DNA of 64,000 bases, from the sequence record OR842557; one strand, written 5' to 3'. Within the stretch, counting starts at the first letter, position 1, and each line of letters begins with the position of its first letter. The notes below the pieces were generated by a model. It was not told the DNA's origin and did no database searches. It was given only the letters and a program-made list of their open reading frames with translations. Positions 1 through 10,136 of this stretch are shown here, in pieces. This stretch comes from Escherichia phage 04086. The translations under genes and the position numbers were made by a program.

Positions 1-662
1 ATCTTCAACAACAGCAGGAACTTTAGGAGTTTCGGCCTTAGGTTCTTCTGGAATAGAGTCTTCAATAACCTTTAATGAACTCCCTTCCGGTGGAATAGAA
101 ATACCAGAAAATTTAGCCTCCAACATATTAGAAAGCTTATTAATCTTTTCGTTTAATGCATCCGAAAGAGCTTTAGATTGTTGAGTTTGTTCTGATATAG
201 CTTCAGCTGTTAATTCTGTCCCGGCAACAACATCTTGGACGCTTTTATCTACTCGGTCTACAGAACTAATAATCTGATTAGACTTTGTCTCAACCACTTC
301 AGAGAGCAATTCAGACGCCGCCTGGGAATCGGATAAAACATCTGATATATTTCCTAATTCGTCGTTCTGAGTTTNNNTTGTTGAGTTTGTTCTGATATAG
401 CTTCAGCTGTTAATTCTGTCCCGGCAACAACATCTTGGACGCTTTTATCTACTCGGTCTACAGAACTAATAATCTGATTAGACTTTGTCTCAACCACTTC
501 AGAGAGCAATTCAGACGCCGCCTGGGAATCGGATAAAACATCTGATATATTTCCTAATTCGTCGTTCTGAGTTTGGGCTAGCGCCTCAGCACGACGCTGA
601 GGAGCCATTTCTTCAATCAGTTTATTGCGACGAAAACTATTCTGATTAGATTCGTTCTTCAT
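1..662 (-). CDS. 29: Baseplate hub / tail-length protein gp29, N-terminal part; gene continues past window start; interrupted by N-bounded duplicate
   Basis: ORF 354..662 ([30 protein letters not shown]) lies directly downstream of gp28 on the minus strand, as in T4 order 51-27-28-29; reading frame continues to position 1. Confidence 0.5.
178..574. repeat. N-bounded direct duplication (copy 178-374, NNN 375-377, copy 378-574); probable assembly-join artifact
   Basis: About 197 nt repeated in tandem, separated only by NNN, inside the gp29 coding region. Confidence 0.6.
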
Positions 663-1215
663 TTAAGATATCCATGATTTTAAGCAATCCTTTGATAGGA
701 CCATTAGGACCAGGGATAGCTATAGTAGAAGTTATATCGTCGGCCCATGTAGCAACAAAGGCAGGCATATCCAGAAAATCTGGTACATCATCACCAAGGT
801 AAAGGGACTGTAATACACTATCAACAGGCCCAAATGTTTGAAATGGTTCATGTGATTTAAATTTAAATGTTTTACCTTGGAATTGGAATTCAAGTCGTTG
901 GCAGATATAAAGGTCATTTAAGTTATAAGTAAACCCGTCTTTGGTTACTTTACTTTTTAATCTTCCATTGAATTCTAAAAGGTGAAGAGCGGCAAAATCA
1001 GTCTCTGCCGCGGATAAATCTTTATAAATGGAATTCATTAATATGTGAAGAGCCTTGTAAGGGTCTTTTTCATCTTTAACCAATTTCTGGTGTTTAAGAC
1101 CCAATTTAGGAATAGAAATCTCTTTATCACCCAGCGTTATTTTCTTGATCGGGAGTATCAGTTTTAAGTTCATTTTTAACCTTCGGTGGTTCTTCAATCT
1201 TAATAGGCTTACCAT
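646..1215 (-). CDS. 28: Baseplate hub distal subunit gp28
   Basis: 189 aa ORF between gp27 and gp29 positions; size close to T4 gp28 (177 aa); synteny. Confidence 0.55.
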   Translation of the reverse strand: MVSLLRLKNHRRLKMNLKLILPIKKITLGDKEISIPKLGLKHQKLVKDEKDPYKALHILMNSIYKDLSAAETDFAALHLLEFNGRLKSKVTKDGFTYNLNDLYICQRLEFQFQGKTFKFKSHEPFQTFGPVDSVLQSLYLGDDVPDFLDMPAFVATWADDITSTIAIPGPNGPIKGLLKIMDILNEERI

Positions 1216-2487
1216 TAGTAAACATATAAAGGTTTGTAATTGATGTATTGTTACTCACTTCATGAATAACTTCGTCTACATAAAAATCGTATTGGAATTG
1301 GTTTTTAGGGTCGTAGAAATTAATCTTATCACCTGGAGTTAGTTCAAAGTTACCGTATACCTTACAATGCGCGTAGCCGTCGTATTGGGCCATTGTAACT
1401 AATCTATCAGCTTCTTCATATCCATTTCGATAGGTATAATCGGAATATCCGCCAGAGCGAGAAACCAATATACTGTTTTGCCCATCGCCAAAAGTAATTC
1501 GTGTGGCGTTTTTGTCTAAGAAAGAGTGGGCGTATATAGTAGCGTTTTCATATGGCTTTCTGGAATGCTGGTTGGCTTTAGTTAACCATTCAAAATCAAA
1601 TGCGATAGGAGTATCCATATCTTGAACGTATTGGCCTATTAAACGCGGCTCACCTACCACAAAATTAATTGGCTCTTGATTAACCATAAATTCGTAGTCC
1701 ATAATAGAAATACCATCTATATCTTCCCAGACAAATACAAATTTATCAGATTCAACAGCCATACCTACTTCTCGTACAAATTCCATATAACGGTCCATTG
1801 AATCACACCAAGGAACATTAGGAACGTAAACGTTTATCCCGTTCAATGGAGGTGCAAGAAGTGGGCGGTCTTGATAAATAACACCAATCATTTCGGTTAA
1901 TGTTTCTTGAACACTTGGGAAGAACATACGTCCGAATTTAAGATTTTCTAAAAAGTGGATTGGGGCGAGTTGTATTGTTATGATATTATCACCCTTCGAA
2001 TCCACTCCTACAGCAAAGTGTTTACTTCCATAAATTCTTGATTGGGTACGTTCAGAGTTAGCATTCTTAACAGAAATTTGAATAATCTGCTCACCATCCA
2101 TTTTAGTATGAAGGTTCTTTGCATCATAAAACTGAAGCAACCCTTCATTACTACCGTAAAGNGTATTGTTATGATATTATCACCCTTCGAATCCACTCCT
2201 ACAGCAAAGTGCTTACTTCCATAAATTCTTGATTGGGTACGCTCAGAGTTGGCGTTCTTAACGGAAACTTGAATAATCTGTTCGCCGTCCATTTTAGTAT
2301 GAAGGTTCTTTGCATCATAAAACTGGAGCAATCCTTCATTACTACCGTAAAGTCCATCTCGCATTGTTAGAGTAGTAAATGTCGCGCCTAGTTCAACAAA
2401 ACGATGCTCTAACCAGGCGTCATAATCTTCGTAAAGGCGTATACTGATATTAGGAAAGCCTTCACGTTGCATAGTTTTTGAACTCAT
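1127..2487 (-). CDS. 27: Baseplate hub subunit gp27, frame broken by duplicated segment at N 2162
   Basis: ORFs 1127..2140 and 2008..2487 share the duplicated peptide [21 protein letters not shown]; removing the ~191 nt duplicate gives ~390 codons, matching T4 gp27 (391 aa); synteny. Confidence 0.6.
1971..2352. repeat. N-bounded near-identical direct duplication (N at 2162); probable assembly-join artifact
   Basis: Two ~191 nt copies with a few mostly silent substitutions flank a single N inside gp27. Confidence 0.6.
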
Positions 2488-3236
2488 TTCTTAAGGTCCT
2501 TTTCAACCAAAGACAAAGCAATACCGCGTTCGATTGGAATCATCTGCATAATGCTTTCTAATGAATAATTGTTCTTTACCAATAAATGGTTTATTTGGTA
2601 AAATAAAAATATCTCATCCGGATTGACTATAAGCTTAAACACCTCTAAAATATCGGTATACGTAATTGTTCTACGATTACAGCACCCATATTTGAGTTCG
2701 AAATGAATAGGGCTAGTTTGTTTAACTATATCCTCTAAAGTGGATAAGTCTATAGCATCTATTACGGCTAATTGGTCTTCTTCAGAAAGGTCAGTCCAAT
2801 TATATTTCCCGTTTTCATCTTCTACTGTTTGGAGGGTGTTCAAAATCAATTCGGATTTGTCGTGATATTCTATTTCCGGAAATTTGAATGTTAGCTTCAA
2901 GCCTGCCACTTCAATTGTGGGGTTATCTAACTTGGCCTGTTTCAAATTGAATAAGACTTGTCTATCCTTTTCACACTTACTGCAAGTGTATCGGATAGGA
3001 ATTTTGGTCTTGCCGAGTGATGACGTGTAAAGTTCAATGAACATATACGGGCGCCATGACATAGGATATTCACCGAAGTATTCTTCCAGTAACTCATCTA
3101 AAATTTGTTTTTGCTCTTCAGGTGATTTATTATTCATGTCATTTCGAATCAAAATAAAATCACGATAATCAGCTACTGTAAAAGGTTTAAATCGGTGGAC
3201 TCCATCGGGCATTTCACAACGTACTATATTAGCCAT
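2484..3236 (-). CDS. 51: Baseplate hub assembly catalyst gp51
   Basis: ORF 2484..3287; internal Met (MANIVRCEM) at 3236 gives ~250 aa, as T4 gp51 (249 aa); late promoter 21 nt upstream; synteny. Confidence 0.55.
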   Translation of the reverse strand: MANIVRCEMPDGVHRFKPFTVADYRDFILIRNDMNNKSPEEQKQILDELLEEYFGEYPMSWRPYMFIELYTSSLGKTKIPIRYTCSKCEKDRQVLFNLKQAKLDNPTIEVAGLKLTFKFPEIEYHDKSELILNTLQTVEDENGKYNWTDLSEEDQLAVIDAIDLSTLEDIVKQTSPIHFELKYGCCNRRTITYTDILEVFKLIVNPDEIFLFYQINHLLVKNNYSLESIMQMIPIERGIALSLVEKDLKK

Positions 3237-3256
3237 AGGGTGTCCTCTTATTGATG

Positions 3257-3268
3257 TATTTATAAATA
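3257..3268. promoter_or_regulatory. Overlapping divergent T4-type late promoters (TATTTATAAATA) for gene 51 (minus) and gene 26 (plus)
   Basis: TATTTATA at 3257-3264 and TATAAATA at 3261-3268, each ~20-28 nt upstream of its start codon. Confidence 0.55.
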
Positions 3269-3286
3269 AGCTTAAAGGAGAAGACA

Positions 3287-3910
3287 ATGAATTATACTTT
3301 TGACGTAAAAATTAAAAACAAAACCATAAAATGCAGAGCATTTACCCTCAGAGAGTATAAGGACTTGCTCCAAGCTAAATTAGAAGGCAGAATAGAGTCC
3401 TTTATCAATGAACTCATTTCGAATTGCACAGATGCTCGTGATTTAAACAAGCAAGAATCTGAGCTCCTGGTGATAAACCTGTGGGCCCATTCATTAGCCG
3501 AAGTGAATATAGAACGTGAGTGGGTTTGTAGTTGTGGTCGCTCACAGGTTGTCCCTATGACACTAACTCGCGCAACATTAGGTAAAGAGCCTGATGTTAT
3601 TAAAGACTTTGGCAACTTTAAAATTGTTTTCAGATATCCTAAACTCTTTGAAGATAAAAATAGAGCTATGATGGTCGCAGGGTGTATCGATTATATTTTA
3701 ACTTCTGCAGGCGAAAAGCTTTTTCTTTCCGATTTAAGCGATGCGGAACTTGATGACCTTTATTCTGTGATATCAGAAAAAGACATAAAAGAAGTTTATG
3801 ATGCACTAGTTGCCCCTAAGCCTATTTTGGCCATACCTATTTCTTGTGAATGTGGTGAACATACCGTCCACGTTATTGAGGGACTTAAAGAGTTCTTTAA
3901 GGTGATGTAA
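3287..3910 (+). CDS. 26: Baseplate hub subunit gp26
   Basis: 207 aa (T4 gp26 208 aa), immediately upstream of gp25 with ATGA-type overlap; synteny. Confidence 0.55.
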   Translation: MNYTFDVKIKNKTIKCRAFTLREYKDLLQAKLEGRIESFINELISNCTDARDLNKQESELLVINLWAHSLAEVNIEREWVCSCGRSQVVPMTLTRATLGKEPDVIKDFGNFKIVFRYPKLFEDKNRAMMVAGCIDYILTSAGEKLFLSDLSDAELDDLYSVISEKDIKEVYDALVAPKPILAIPISCECGEHTVHVIEGLKEFFKVM

Positions 3911-4299
3911 TGAATATCAATAAAATGTATTCAGATTTAGACCCTGAAATGAGGACGTCTTGGAATAGAGACGTCGCTAAAGCTACGGGTGCACGTGCAG
4001 TTAAAAATAGTTTGTTAGGCATTATTACTACTCGCAAAGGTTCACGCCCTTTTATGCCTGAATTTGGGTGTGACATCAGTAACCAATTGTTTGAGAATAT
4101 TACTCCACTAATCACGGATACCATTAAGCGTAATATAGTTTCCGCTGTGCGGAACTTCGAACCCAGAATTTCTACCCTGGCTGTAGGTGTGACACCTGTG
4201 TACGATGATAACTCGATTATAGTGACCGTTCAGTTTAGTATAGTTGATGACCCGGATACATTAGAGCAAATTAGAATCCAGCTCTCACAGAGTGGTTAA
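3910..4299 (+). CDS. 25: Baseplate wedge protein gp25 (gpW / lysozyme-like fold)
   Basis: 129 aa; near-identical to remembered T4 gp25 segments (LLGIITTRKGSRPF, PEFGCD, SAVRNFEPRI). Confidence 0.85.
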   Translation: MNINKMYSDLDPEMRTSWNRDVAKATGARAVKNSLLGIITTRKGSRPFMPEFGCDISNQLFENITPLITDTIKRNIVSAVRNFEPRISTLAVGVTPVYDDNSIIVTVQFSIVDDPDTLEQIRIQLSQSG

Positions 4300-4326
4300 T
4301 TGCTGTTCAAATGAATAGTGTATAAT
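4296..4326 (+). promoter_or_regulatory. Candidate T4 middle promoter (MotA-box-like TTGCTGTTCA plus TATAAT) for uvsY
   Basis: aattgctgttcaa then ~12 nt then tataat at 4321-4326, ~32 nt upstream of the uvsY ATG. Confidence 0.4.
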
Positions 4327-4357
4327 GGTCCTATGGTTATTACACAGGAAACATGCG

Positions 4358-4792
4358 ATGAGTAAAGAGATTGAATATAAATTAGAATCATTTCAGGACG
4401 CATTAGACGAGGATTTAAAGATTGATGGAACTCGTTTACAATATGAAGTACAGAACAACGTTTTGCTGCACAGCAAATGGCTAAGGCTGTATACGAATTG
4501 TAAGAAAGAAATAATGAGATTAGAAATCCAGAAAAAGACCTCACTTAAGAAGCGATTAGATTTCTACACGGGACGTGGAGAGCCTGGTGATGAGGTTTGT
4601 ATGGACCAGTATGAGAAGTCTGAATTAAAGACCGTTATGGCTGCGGATTCTAGTGTAATTAAAATCGACACATCAATCCAGTATTGGGCTTTATTACAGG
4701 ACTTTTGTAGTTCAGCACTTGATGCTATTAAGGCGCGTGGTTTTAACCTTAAGACCATGCATGAGATGAGACAATTTGAGGCAGGTAAATAA
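4358..4792 (+). CDS. uvsY: Recombination mediator UvsY
   Basis: Strong match to remembered T4 UvsY (TRLQYE..NNV.L.SKWL, YEKSE.KTV, IDTSIQYW, MRQFEAGK); ORF track start 4325, ATG at 4358 preferred. Confidence 0.85.
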   Translation: MSKEIEYKLESFQDALDEDLKIDGTRLQYEVQNNVLLHSKWLRLYTNCKKEIMRLEIQKKTSLKKRLDFYTGRGEPGDEVCMDQYEKSELKTVMAADSSVIKIDTSIQYWALLQDFCSSALDAIKARGFNLKTMHEMRQFEAGK

Positions 4793-4918
4793 TGAGACGT
4801 ACTAAAAATACCAAACCCATTAAAGTAGATGCCGATAAAATGAAACTTCTCCAAGAATTCATTAATGCTGCTTTAGCAAGTAATAAATAGATATGTAAGT
4901 TAAACTAAGGAGACAATC

Positions 4919-5086
4919 ATGTCAGATAAGATTTGCGTTGTCTGTAAAACTCCAATCGATGCTGCATTGGTTGTTGAAACAGAAAAAGGTCCGGTTCATC
5001 CGGGCTCATGTTATAATTACGTTCAAAGCCTGCCTGTTACGGAAAACACTGAAGAACAGCTGAACGAAACCCAATTACTACTTTAG
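4919..5086 (+). CDS. Small Cys-containing ORF (55 aa), position of T4 uvsY.-2-type ORFs
   Basis: ATG with AGGAG RBS (ctaaggagacaatcATG); CxxC...C pattern; below the 60 aa cutoff of the ORF track. Confidence 0.3.
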   Translation: MSDKICVVCKTPIDAALVVETEKGPVHPGSCYNYVQSLPVTENTEEQLNETQLLL

Positions 5087-5115
5087 TCTAGTGTGTATAG
5101 CCATTTATGGTTATT

Positions 5116-5143
5116 GGCCCTTCCGAAAGGTTGGGCCTTTTTT
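5116..5143 (+). terminator. Intrinsic terminator (GGCCC-ttccgaaaggtt-GGGCC + T6)
   Basis: GC stem with GAAA-centred loop followed by tttttt, after the uvsY operon. Confidence 0.7.
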
Positions 5144-5145
5144 GT

Positions 5146-5373
5146 TTAGAAATCTTCCTCTTCCTCGTCGTCCATCGACTCCAATTCAGCTCTCTTACCA
5201 GCCAATGCATCACGCACGCTAATATCATCCGAATCACGAAGTTCAGCTTCCTTACTACGAGTTTTGTAATACTTTTCCAATTCCTTCAGACCATCCATAG
5301 TCTGACAAGAACCAATTTTAGCCATGAAGCTTTCAATAGATGCTTCTTGAATAACTTCTTTAAAGGTTTTCAT
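5146..5373 (-). CDS. uvsW.1: UvsW.1 (small acidic protein downstream of uvsW)
   Basis: 75 aa ORF overlapping the uvsW stop; acidic C-terminus; synteny with T4. Confidence 0.65.
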   Translation of the reverse strand: MKTFKEVIQEASIESFMAKIGSCQTMDGLKELEKYYKTRSKEAELRDSDDISVRDALAGKRAELESMDDEEEEDF

Positions 5374-6866
5374 AAATCCACCTGTTTCATTACGTAATTA
5401 AATTTCTCATCAGCATAACGTTGAATACGTTCTAAAGCGTGTTTGAGGGCGTAGTTCAAATGAACATATTTCTTTTTAGCCGTAGCTGATTTAGGCTTAA
5501 CACCCATGTCGTCGATGATATCCCACACCTGTGCTGTTGATTTAGAGGCATGTTTACGGAGTACACGACCAATTGTCTGGAGTACAATGATTTTAGATTT
5601 TACTGGATGAGCAAATACAACGTGGTGAAGGTTCTTAACGGAAATACCAGTAGAGAACACACCATAACTTGCCACAACAATAATACCCTTACCATTTTCC
5701 GCCATTACTTTCAGAGCATTACGCGTTTCAGTATTAACTTCACCTGATACATAATAAACTTCTTTATGTTGCTCTTTAACCATTTCAAAAAGAGTTTTAC
5801 CGTGTTCGATGTTTTTAAACATCAGGAATACGTTCTCTTCTTTCTTAGCGAGTTTAACAGCTAAATTAGCAACCCATTTATTACGACGAGTAGCCTTAGT
5901 AATGACTTTAATTTCTGATTGGTAATCTTTACCTTTCATCTTAACAGTGAATTCGTCTGGGTATCGAAGGAAAATACTGTTGATTTTAAGGTCAGTAACC
6001 TGTCCTTCTTCCATTAATTGGGAAGTGGATACCGGCTTAAACACATCACCAAACAAACCCATATATTGCATTAAATTAGCTTTACCATCTTTTAAAGAAC
6101 CAGACAAACCGAATTTAAACATACAGTTGGTTAGGCCTTCGATGATAGTAGAAATAGATTTACCTGTAGCCAAGTGGCATTCGTCGTTCATAAACATACC
6201 GAACTGAGCAAACCATTCTTTAGGTTGCTTGATAGCAGTTTGATAAGTTGAAACATAAATCATTGCATCGGAATCACGAGCAGTACCTGAACGAATACCA
6301 AGCATTGCTGCTTTAGGGAACAATCGATAATCGATGAAGTCATTAATCATCTGGTCGACGAGTGCAGTAGTAGGAACCAGAATAAGGATTTTACCTTCGT
6401 AGTTCTCAACGTAATATCGACTCAAGAGCGCCTGAATCAATGATTTACCTGCGGATGTAGGTAAATTCAGAATTGCACGACGTTTTGTCAGGCCGTTGTA
6501 TACGGCTTCATTCTGATACCAATGAGGCTCAATCTTGGTAGACCCTGAATAAATTTCTTGAGAAGCTACCCATGAATCGAAATCTTCACGAGAAATATCT
6601 TCCTGTTCAAGAATACGTGGGTCAATCCACAGAGAGTATTCAAATTGTTCGGCGAACTTTTTAATTTGAGGGACCAGTCCATAAGGCAGTTTACGGTTAT
6701 AATCTAGAAGACGAATACGACCATCCCATTGTCCATAACGAAATTTAGGGTTGAATTTATATCCATCAGCTTCAAAGCTAAAATAGTCTCTGAGTTCGTA
6801 GAATGTGGATTCATCACACTCGATACGGACATGACTAAAATTATCAAAATGTACTTGAATTTGCAT
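5370..6866 (-). CDS. uvsW: UvsW RNA-DNA and DNA-DNA helicase
   Basis: 498 aa; matches remembered T4 UvsW, with helicase motifs (LNLPTSAGKS Walker A, MNDECH DExH box). Confidence 0.92.
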   Translation of the reverse strand: MQIQVHFDNFSHVRIECDESTFYELRDYFSFEADGYKFNPKFRYGQWDGRIRLLDYNRKLPYGLVPQIKKFAEQFEYSLWIDPRILEQEDISREDFDSWVASQEIYSGSTKIEPHWYQNEAVYNGLTKRRAILNLPTSAGKSLIQALLSRYYVENYEGKILILVPTTALVDQMINDFIDYRLFPKAAMLGIRSGTARDSDAMIYVSTYQTAIKQPKEWFAQFGMFMNDECHLATGKSISTIIEGLTNCMFKFGLSGSLKDGKANLMQYMGLFGDVFKPVSTSQLMEEGQVTDLKINSIFLRYPDEFTVKMKGKDYQSEIKVITKATRRNKWVANLAVKLAKKEENVFLMFKNIEHGKTLFEMVKEQHKEVYYVSGEVNTETRNALKVMAENGKGIIVVASYGVFSTGISVKNLHHVVFAHPVKSKIIVLQTIGRVLRKHASKSTAQVWDIIDDMGVKPKSATAKKKYVHLNYALKHALERIQRYADEKFNYVMKQVDL

Positions 6867-7247
6867 AAGTAATTCTCAGTTATAAATATAGTTATATTTA
6901 TACACCAACAAGAGACTAATTATGGATACTCAATATATTGAAGAGCTTCGTGCACTCGAAGATAAAAAAGAAGCTAAAGCTAAGTTAATCGAATACGGCG
7001 AACAGTTTGGTTTAAAACTTAAGAANAGATTCATCGCATTCAATACGGACATGACTAAAATTATCAAAATGTACTTGAATTTGCATAAGTAATTCTCAGT
7101 TATAAATATAGTTATATTTATACACCAACAAGAGACTAATTATGGATACTCAATATATTGAAGAGCTTCGTGCACTCGAAGATAAAAAAGAAGCTAAAGC
7201 TAAGTTAATCGAATACGGCGAACAGTTTGGTTTAAAACTTAAGAAAA
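6808..7247. repeat. N-bounded direct duplication (N at 7026) covering uvsW start, late promoters and inh start; probable assembly artifact
   Basis: ~218 nt present twice with minor substitutions, joined at a single N. Confidence 0.6.
6881..6902. promoter_or_regulatory. Divergent late promoters: TATAAATA (plus, inh) and TATTTATA (minus, uvsW)
   Basis: tataaata 6881-6888 and tatttata 6895-6902 in the uvsW-inh intergenic region. Confidence 0.55.
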
Positions 7248-7813
7248 CCCGTTCGTTTGATAATTTGATTATCGATATCTCTGAAGGCCTTAAAGCCTTG
7301 GCTGACGAACCACTCCCAGAAACCGACGGGTTGTCTATTTCTGATTTGATTGATGCTGCTGACGAACTCACCGGTGATAACGATTTTATCGAAGGTGTAG
7401 AACCAGCTAAAGAAGAAGCAACCCTGTTGTTCGATGCTCCTGAGGCGGTTGTTGAAGTAATAGAGGTAGCCGAACTTCCTAAGGTAGAGATTATCGAAGA
7501 GGATGTTCCATTTGACGAAGAGAAATTCAAAGAGGCTATAGCCAAGGTTGTTGAATCTGAAAAACCTGTATTCTCTTTACCTGAAAACTTCAGTCCTAAT
7601 CTTTTGCTTATCGGTAAGAACCCAGGTTATTGCACTGTTCCTTGGTGGATTTACCAATGGATTTCTGAGACTCCGGATTGGAAAGAACGTCCAACCAGTT
7701 TCCAACATCCTACCGCACACCAAACACTATTCAGCTTGATTTATTACATCAATCGTAATGGGTCTGTTCTAGTACGAGAAACTCGTAACTCATCTTTTGT
7801 CACTTTAAAATAA
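7142..7813 (+). CDS. inh: Inh-like acidic protein (inhibitor of prohead protease), start lies in duplicated copy
   Basis: 223 aa acidic protein between uvsW and hoc as in T4; equivalent ATG in first copy at 6922. Confidence 0.5.
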   Translation: MDTQYIEELRALEDKKEAKAKLIEYGEQFGLKLKKTRSFDNLIIDISEGLKALADEPLPETDGLSISDLIDAADELTGDNDFIEGVEPAKEEATLLFDAPEAVVEVIEVAELPKVEIIEEDVPFDEEKFKEAIAKVVESEKPVFSLPENFSPNLLLIGKNPGYCTVPWWIYQWISETPDWKERPTSFQHPTAHQTLFSLIYYINRNGSVLVRETRNSSFVTLK

Positions 7814-7823
7814 GGGTTTTATT

Positions 7824-8672
7824 ATGGCTTATACCGTAGATATTGCTCCTTTGGCGGCTACGGCCGTTATTGGAGCAACAACCAATTTCACTGCGACCGG
7901 TTCCGGTGCTGCAGCTGAAGGTACCGAATCATTTGTCTGGACCGTTGATGGCGTTCCTCAATCTTCTGTGACTGCTGCAATGGATTATGTTGCTGTTGGC
8001 CCGGCAGGCAGCAAGACTATTAAAGTTGTTGCAACAACTACACCGGCGGACGGCGAACCAGAAACAGCTGAAGCCGAAACAACTTTAACTATCCAGAATA
8101 AAACCATTTCCGGTGTTTCTGTGACATTAACCCCAGCTTCGATTAATGTTCCGGAAGGCACTCCAGCTTCTTTTAAAGCGGATGTGGTCGGCGCTCCTGC
8201 TGGTGCTACTTTTGCCTATTCTTGGAAGAAAGACGGTTCTCCTGTAGTTGGCACCACGGATACTCTAGCAATCGATACAAGCACTGAAGGTTCACAGGTT
8301 ATTGAAGTTTCTGTTGTGGTTTCGGCGACTGATTATAACCCGGCGACTGTCACAAAAACCGGTAATGTAACAGTCACGGCTAAAGTCGCACCGGTTCCGG
8401 ATGGCGAATTACCTTACGTTCATCCACTCCCTGTTCGTAATTCAGCATATATTTGGGTTGGTTGGTGGGTTATGGATGAAATCCAGAAAATGACTCTTGA
8501 AGGCAAAGACTGGAAAACAGATGACCCGGATAGCCCGTATTATTTGCACCGATATACACTTCAAAAAATGATTACCGACTATTCAGAGGTTGATGTACAA
8601 GAATCTCGTAATGGTCGAATTATTCATCGCACCGCTTTAGAAGCTGGTATTATATACGATTACATTTATTAA
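7824..8672 (+). CDS. hoc: Hoc, highly immunogenic outer capsid protein (short form with fewer Ig-like domains)
   Basis: Ig-like repeats and a C-terminal capsid-binding domain matching remembered T4 Hoc (LPYVHPLP, WVMDEIQKMT, GKDWKTDDPDS, YYLHRYTLQKM). Confidence 0.85.
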   Translation: MAYTVDIAPLAATAVIGATTNFTATGSGAAAEGTESFVWTVDGVPQSSVTAAMDYVAVGPAGSKTIKVVATTTPADGEPETAEAETTLTIQNKTISGVSVTLTPASINVPEGTPASFKADVVGAPAGATFAYSWKKDGSPVVGTTDTLAIDTSTEGSQVIEVSVVVSATDYNPATVTKTGNVTVTAKVAPVPDGELPYVHPLPVRNSAYIWVGWWVMDEIQKMTLEGKDWKTDDPDSPYYLHRYTLQKMITDYSEVDVQESRNGRIIHRTALEAGIIYDYIY

Positions 8673-8676
8673 TAAT

Positions 8677-8696
8677 GGGCCGCAAGGCCCATTTTG
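8677..8696 (+). terminator. Intrinsic terminator (GGGCC-gcaa-GGCCC + attttg)
   Basis: GNRA tetraloop hairpin followed by T-run directly after the hoc stop. Confidence 0.65.
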
Positions 8697-8716
8697 CATT
8701 AAAGTACAAAATTCCT

Positions 8717-8746
8717 GTTTACAAGTTAAAAATTCTATGTTAAGAT
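8717..8746 (+). promoter_or_regulatory. T4 early-type promoter (GTTTAC -35, 17-18 nt spacer, TAAGAT -10)
   Basis: gtttacaagttaaaaattctatgttaagat upstream of ORF 8776. Confidence 0.45.
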
Positions 8747-8775
8747 GGGTTTACCAACTCAACGAGAGAATTGTT

Positions 8776-8976
8776 ATGGATAAGGTTAAAGTACATTTTT
8801 TACACGAATCTGGGTTGAATTTTATAGAAATTGCTAAAAAAATGGGCGGGACCGCTAAGGACATGGCCAAAGCATGGGTTGATGTAGAACAAGCCAAGGC
8901 CAAATTTAAAGCGAAAGAAAAGGTTGTTTATCGTAAGAGATTGAACAATAAGGTTCGGCGCAAAGCGCATTCTTAG
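8776..8976 (+). CDS. Small basic protein with helix-turn-helix-like segment
   Basis: ORF 8737..8976; ATG at 8776 follows the early promoter; segment LNFIEIAKKMGGTAKDMAKAW resembles an HTH; basic C-terminus. Confidence 0.4.
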   Translation: MDKVKVHFLHESGLNFIEIAKKMGGTAKDMAKAWVDVEQAKAKFKAKEKVVYRKRLNNKVRRKAHS

Positions 8977-8987
8977 TCTAAAGTAAT

Positions 8988-9014
8988 ATGCTTTAAATTT
9001 AGATGTGTTATAAT
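8988..9014 (+). promoter_or_regulatory. T4 middle promoter (MotA box ATGCTTTA plus TATAAT)
   Basis: tatgctttaa 8988-8996, 13 nt spacer, tataat 9009-9014, upstream of rnlB. Confidence 0.45.
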
Positions 9015-9100
9015 GGGTCTAGGTCCTTCCGTTCAACCATTTGGTTTGGTGACAGAAGACTACTAGCTCTTCTATTTAATTATATTTATTATGGTGATTT

Positions 9101-10105
9101 ATGTTCAAGAAATATAGCAGTCTCGAAAACCACTACAACAATAAGTTTATCGAAAAACTCCGTACTAACGGTTTGACCACTGGTGAATGGGTAGCACGTG
9201 AGAAGATTCATGGAACCAACTTTAGTTTAATCATAGAACGTGACGCAGTCACATGCGCCAAGCGCACTGGCCCTATCCTCCCTGCTGAAGATTTCTATGG
9301 CTATGAAATTGTACTTAAGAACTATGCTGATTCTATTAAATCTGTTCAACATCTAATTGAATCGATTAATTACCAGTCATACCAGATTTATGGCGAATTC
9401 GCTGGGACAGGTATCCAGAAGAATGTGGACTACGGTGATAAAGACTTTTATGTGTTCGATATCCGAGTTACTAAGGAAGATGGTACTGAATCTGTTCTAA
9501 CCGATACATTGATGGAAGCATTCTGTATTATCCATAAGTTCAAGGTTGCCCCATGTCTGGCCACTGGTAGCTTTGAAGACCTTATTAAACTTCCTAATGA
9601 TTTTGATTCAGTTGTTCCTGATTATAATTTTGCAGTGGATAACGCAGGCTTAACTATTGCAAACTCAACTGATTTTATTCCTAAGGTTGAAGGTAAAGTA
9701 TTCACGGCCGAAGGCTTTGTACTGAAACCTGATGTTCCTACCTGGCTTCCAAACGGAAATCGTGTAGCGATTAAATGTAAGAACTCTAAATTCAGTGAAA
9801 AGAAAAAGTCTGATAAACCTATTAAGGCTGCAGTGGTATTGTCCCAAGACGATATGGATTTGATGTGGCAATTCACCGATTATGTGACTGTTAACCGCAT
9901 TAACAATGTCATCAGTAAGATTGGCGAAGTATCTAAAAAGGATTTTGGAAAGGTAATGGGCTTGACAGTCCAAGATATCTTAGAAGAAGCTGCCCGTGAA
10001 GAATTAGAATTAACCGATGCAGAAAATCCTGTTGAAGTTAAAAAGCAACTTGTTGAGTGTGTAAAAGATACCCTACGAGCCGTATGGATTGAATTAGTGT
10101 CGTAA
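9101..10105 (+). CDS. rnlB: RNA ligase 2 (Rnl2)
   Basis: 334 aa; N-terminus [13 protein letters not shown] and [15 protein letters not shown] (ligase lysine motif) match remembered T4 Rnl2. Confidence 0.92.
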   Translation: MFKKYSSLENHYNNKFIEKLRTNGLTTGEWVAREKIHGTNFSLIIERDAVTCAKRTGPILPAEDFYGYEIVLKNYADSIKSVQHLIESINYQSYQIYGEFAGTGIQKNVDYGDKDFYVFDIRVTKEDGTESVLTDTLMEAFCIIHKFKVAPCLATGSFEDLIKLPNDFDSVVPDYNFAVDNAGLTIANSTDFIPKVEGKVFTAEGFVLKPDVPTWLPNGNRVAIKCKNSKFSEKKKSDKPIKAAVVLSQDDMDLMWQFTDYVTVNRINNVISKIGEVSKKDFGKVMGLTVQDILEEAAREELELTDAENPVEVKKQLVECVKDTLRAVWIELVS

Positions 10106-10114
10106 GACGACAAA

Positions 10115-10135
10115 GGGACCTCACGGTCCCTTTTT
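10115..10135. terminator. Bidirectional intrinsic terminator between convergent rnlB and gene 24
   Basis: gggacc-tcac-ggtccc followed by ttttt on plus and T-rich run on minus. Confidence 0.65.
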
Positions 10136-10136
10136 G

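Noticed and set aside
7150-7545. 131 aa Ser-rich minus-strand ORF inside inh
   Set aside because: Low-complexity antisense frame of the acidic inh gene, with no independent start signals.
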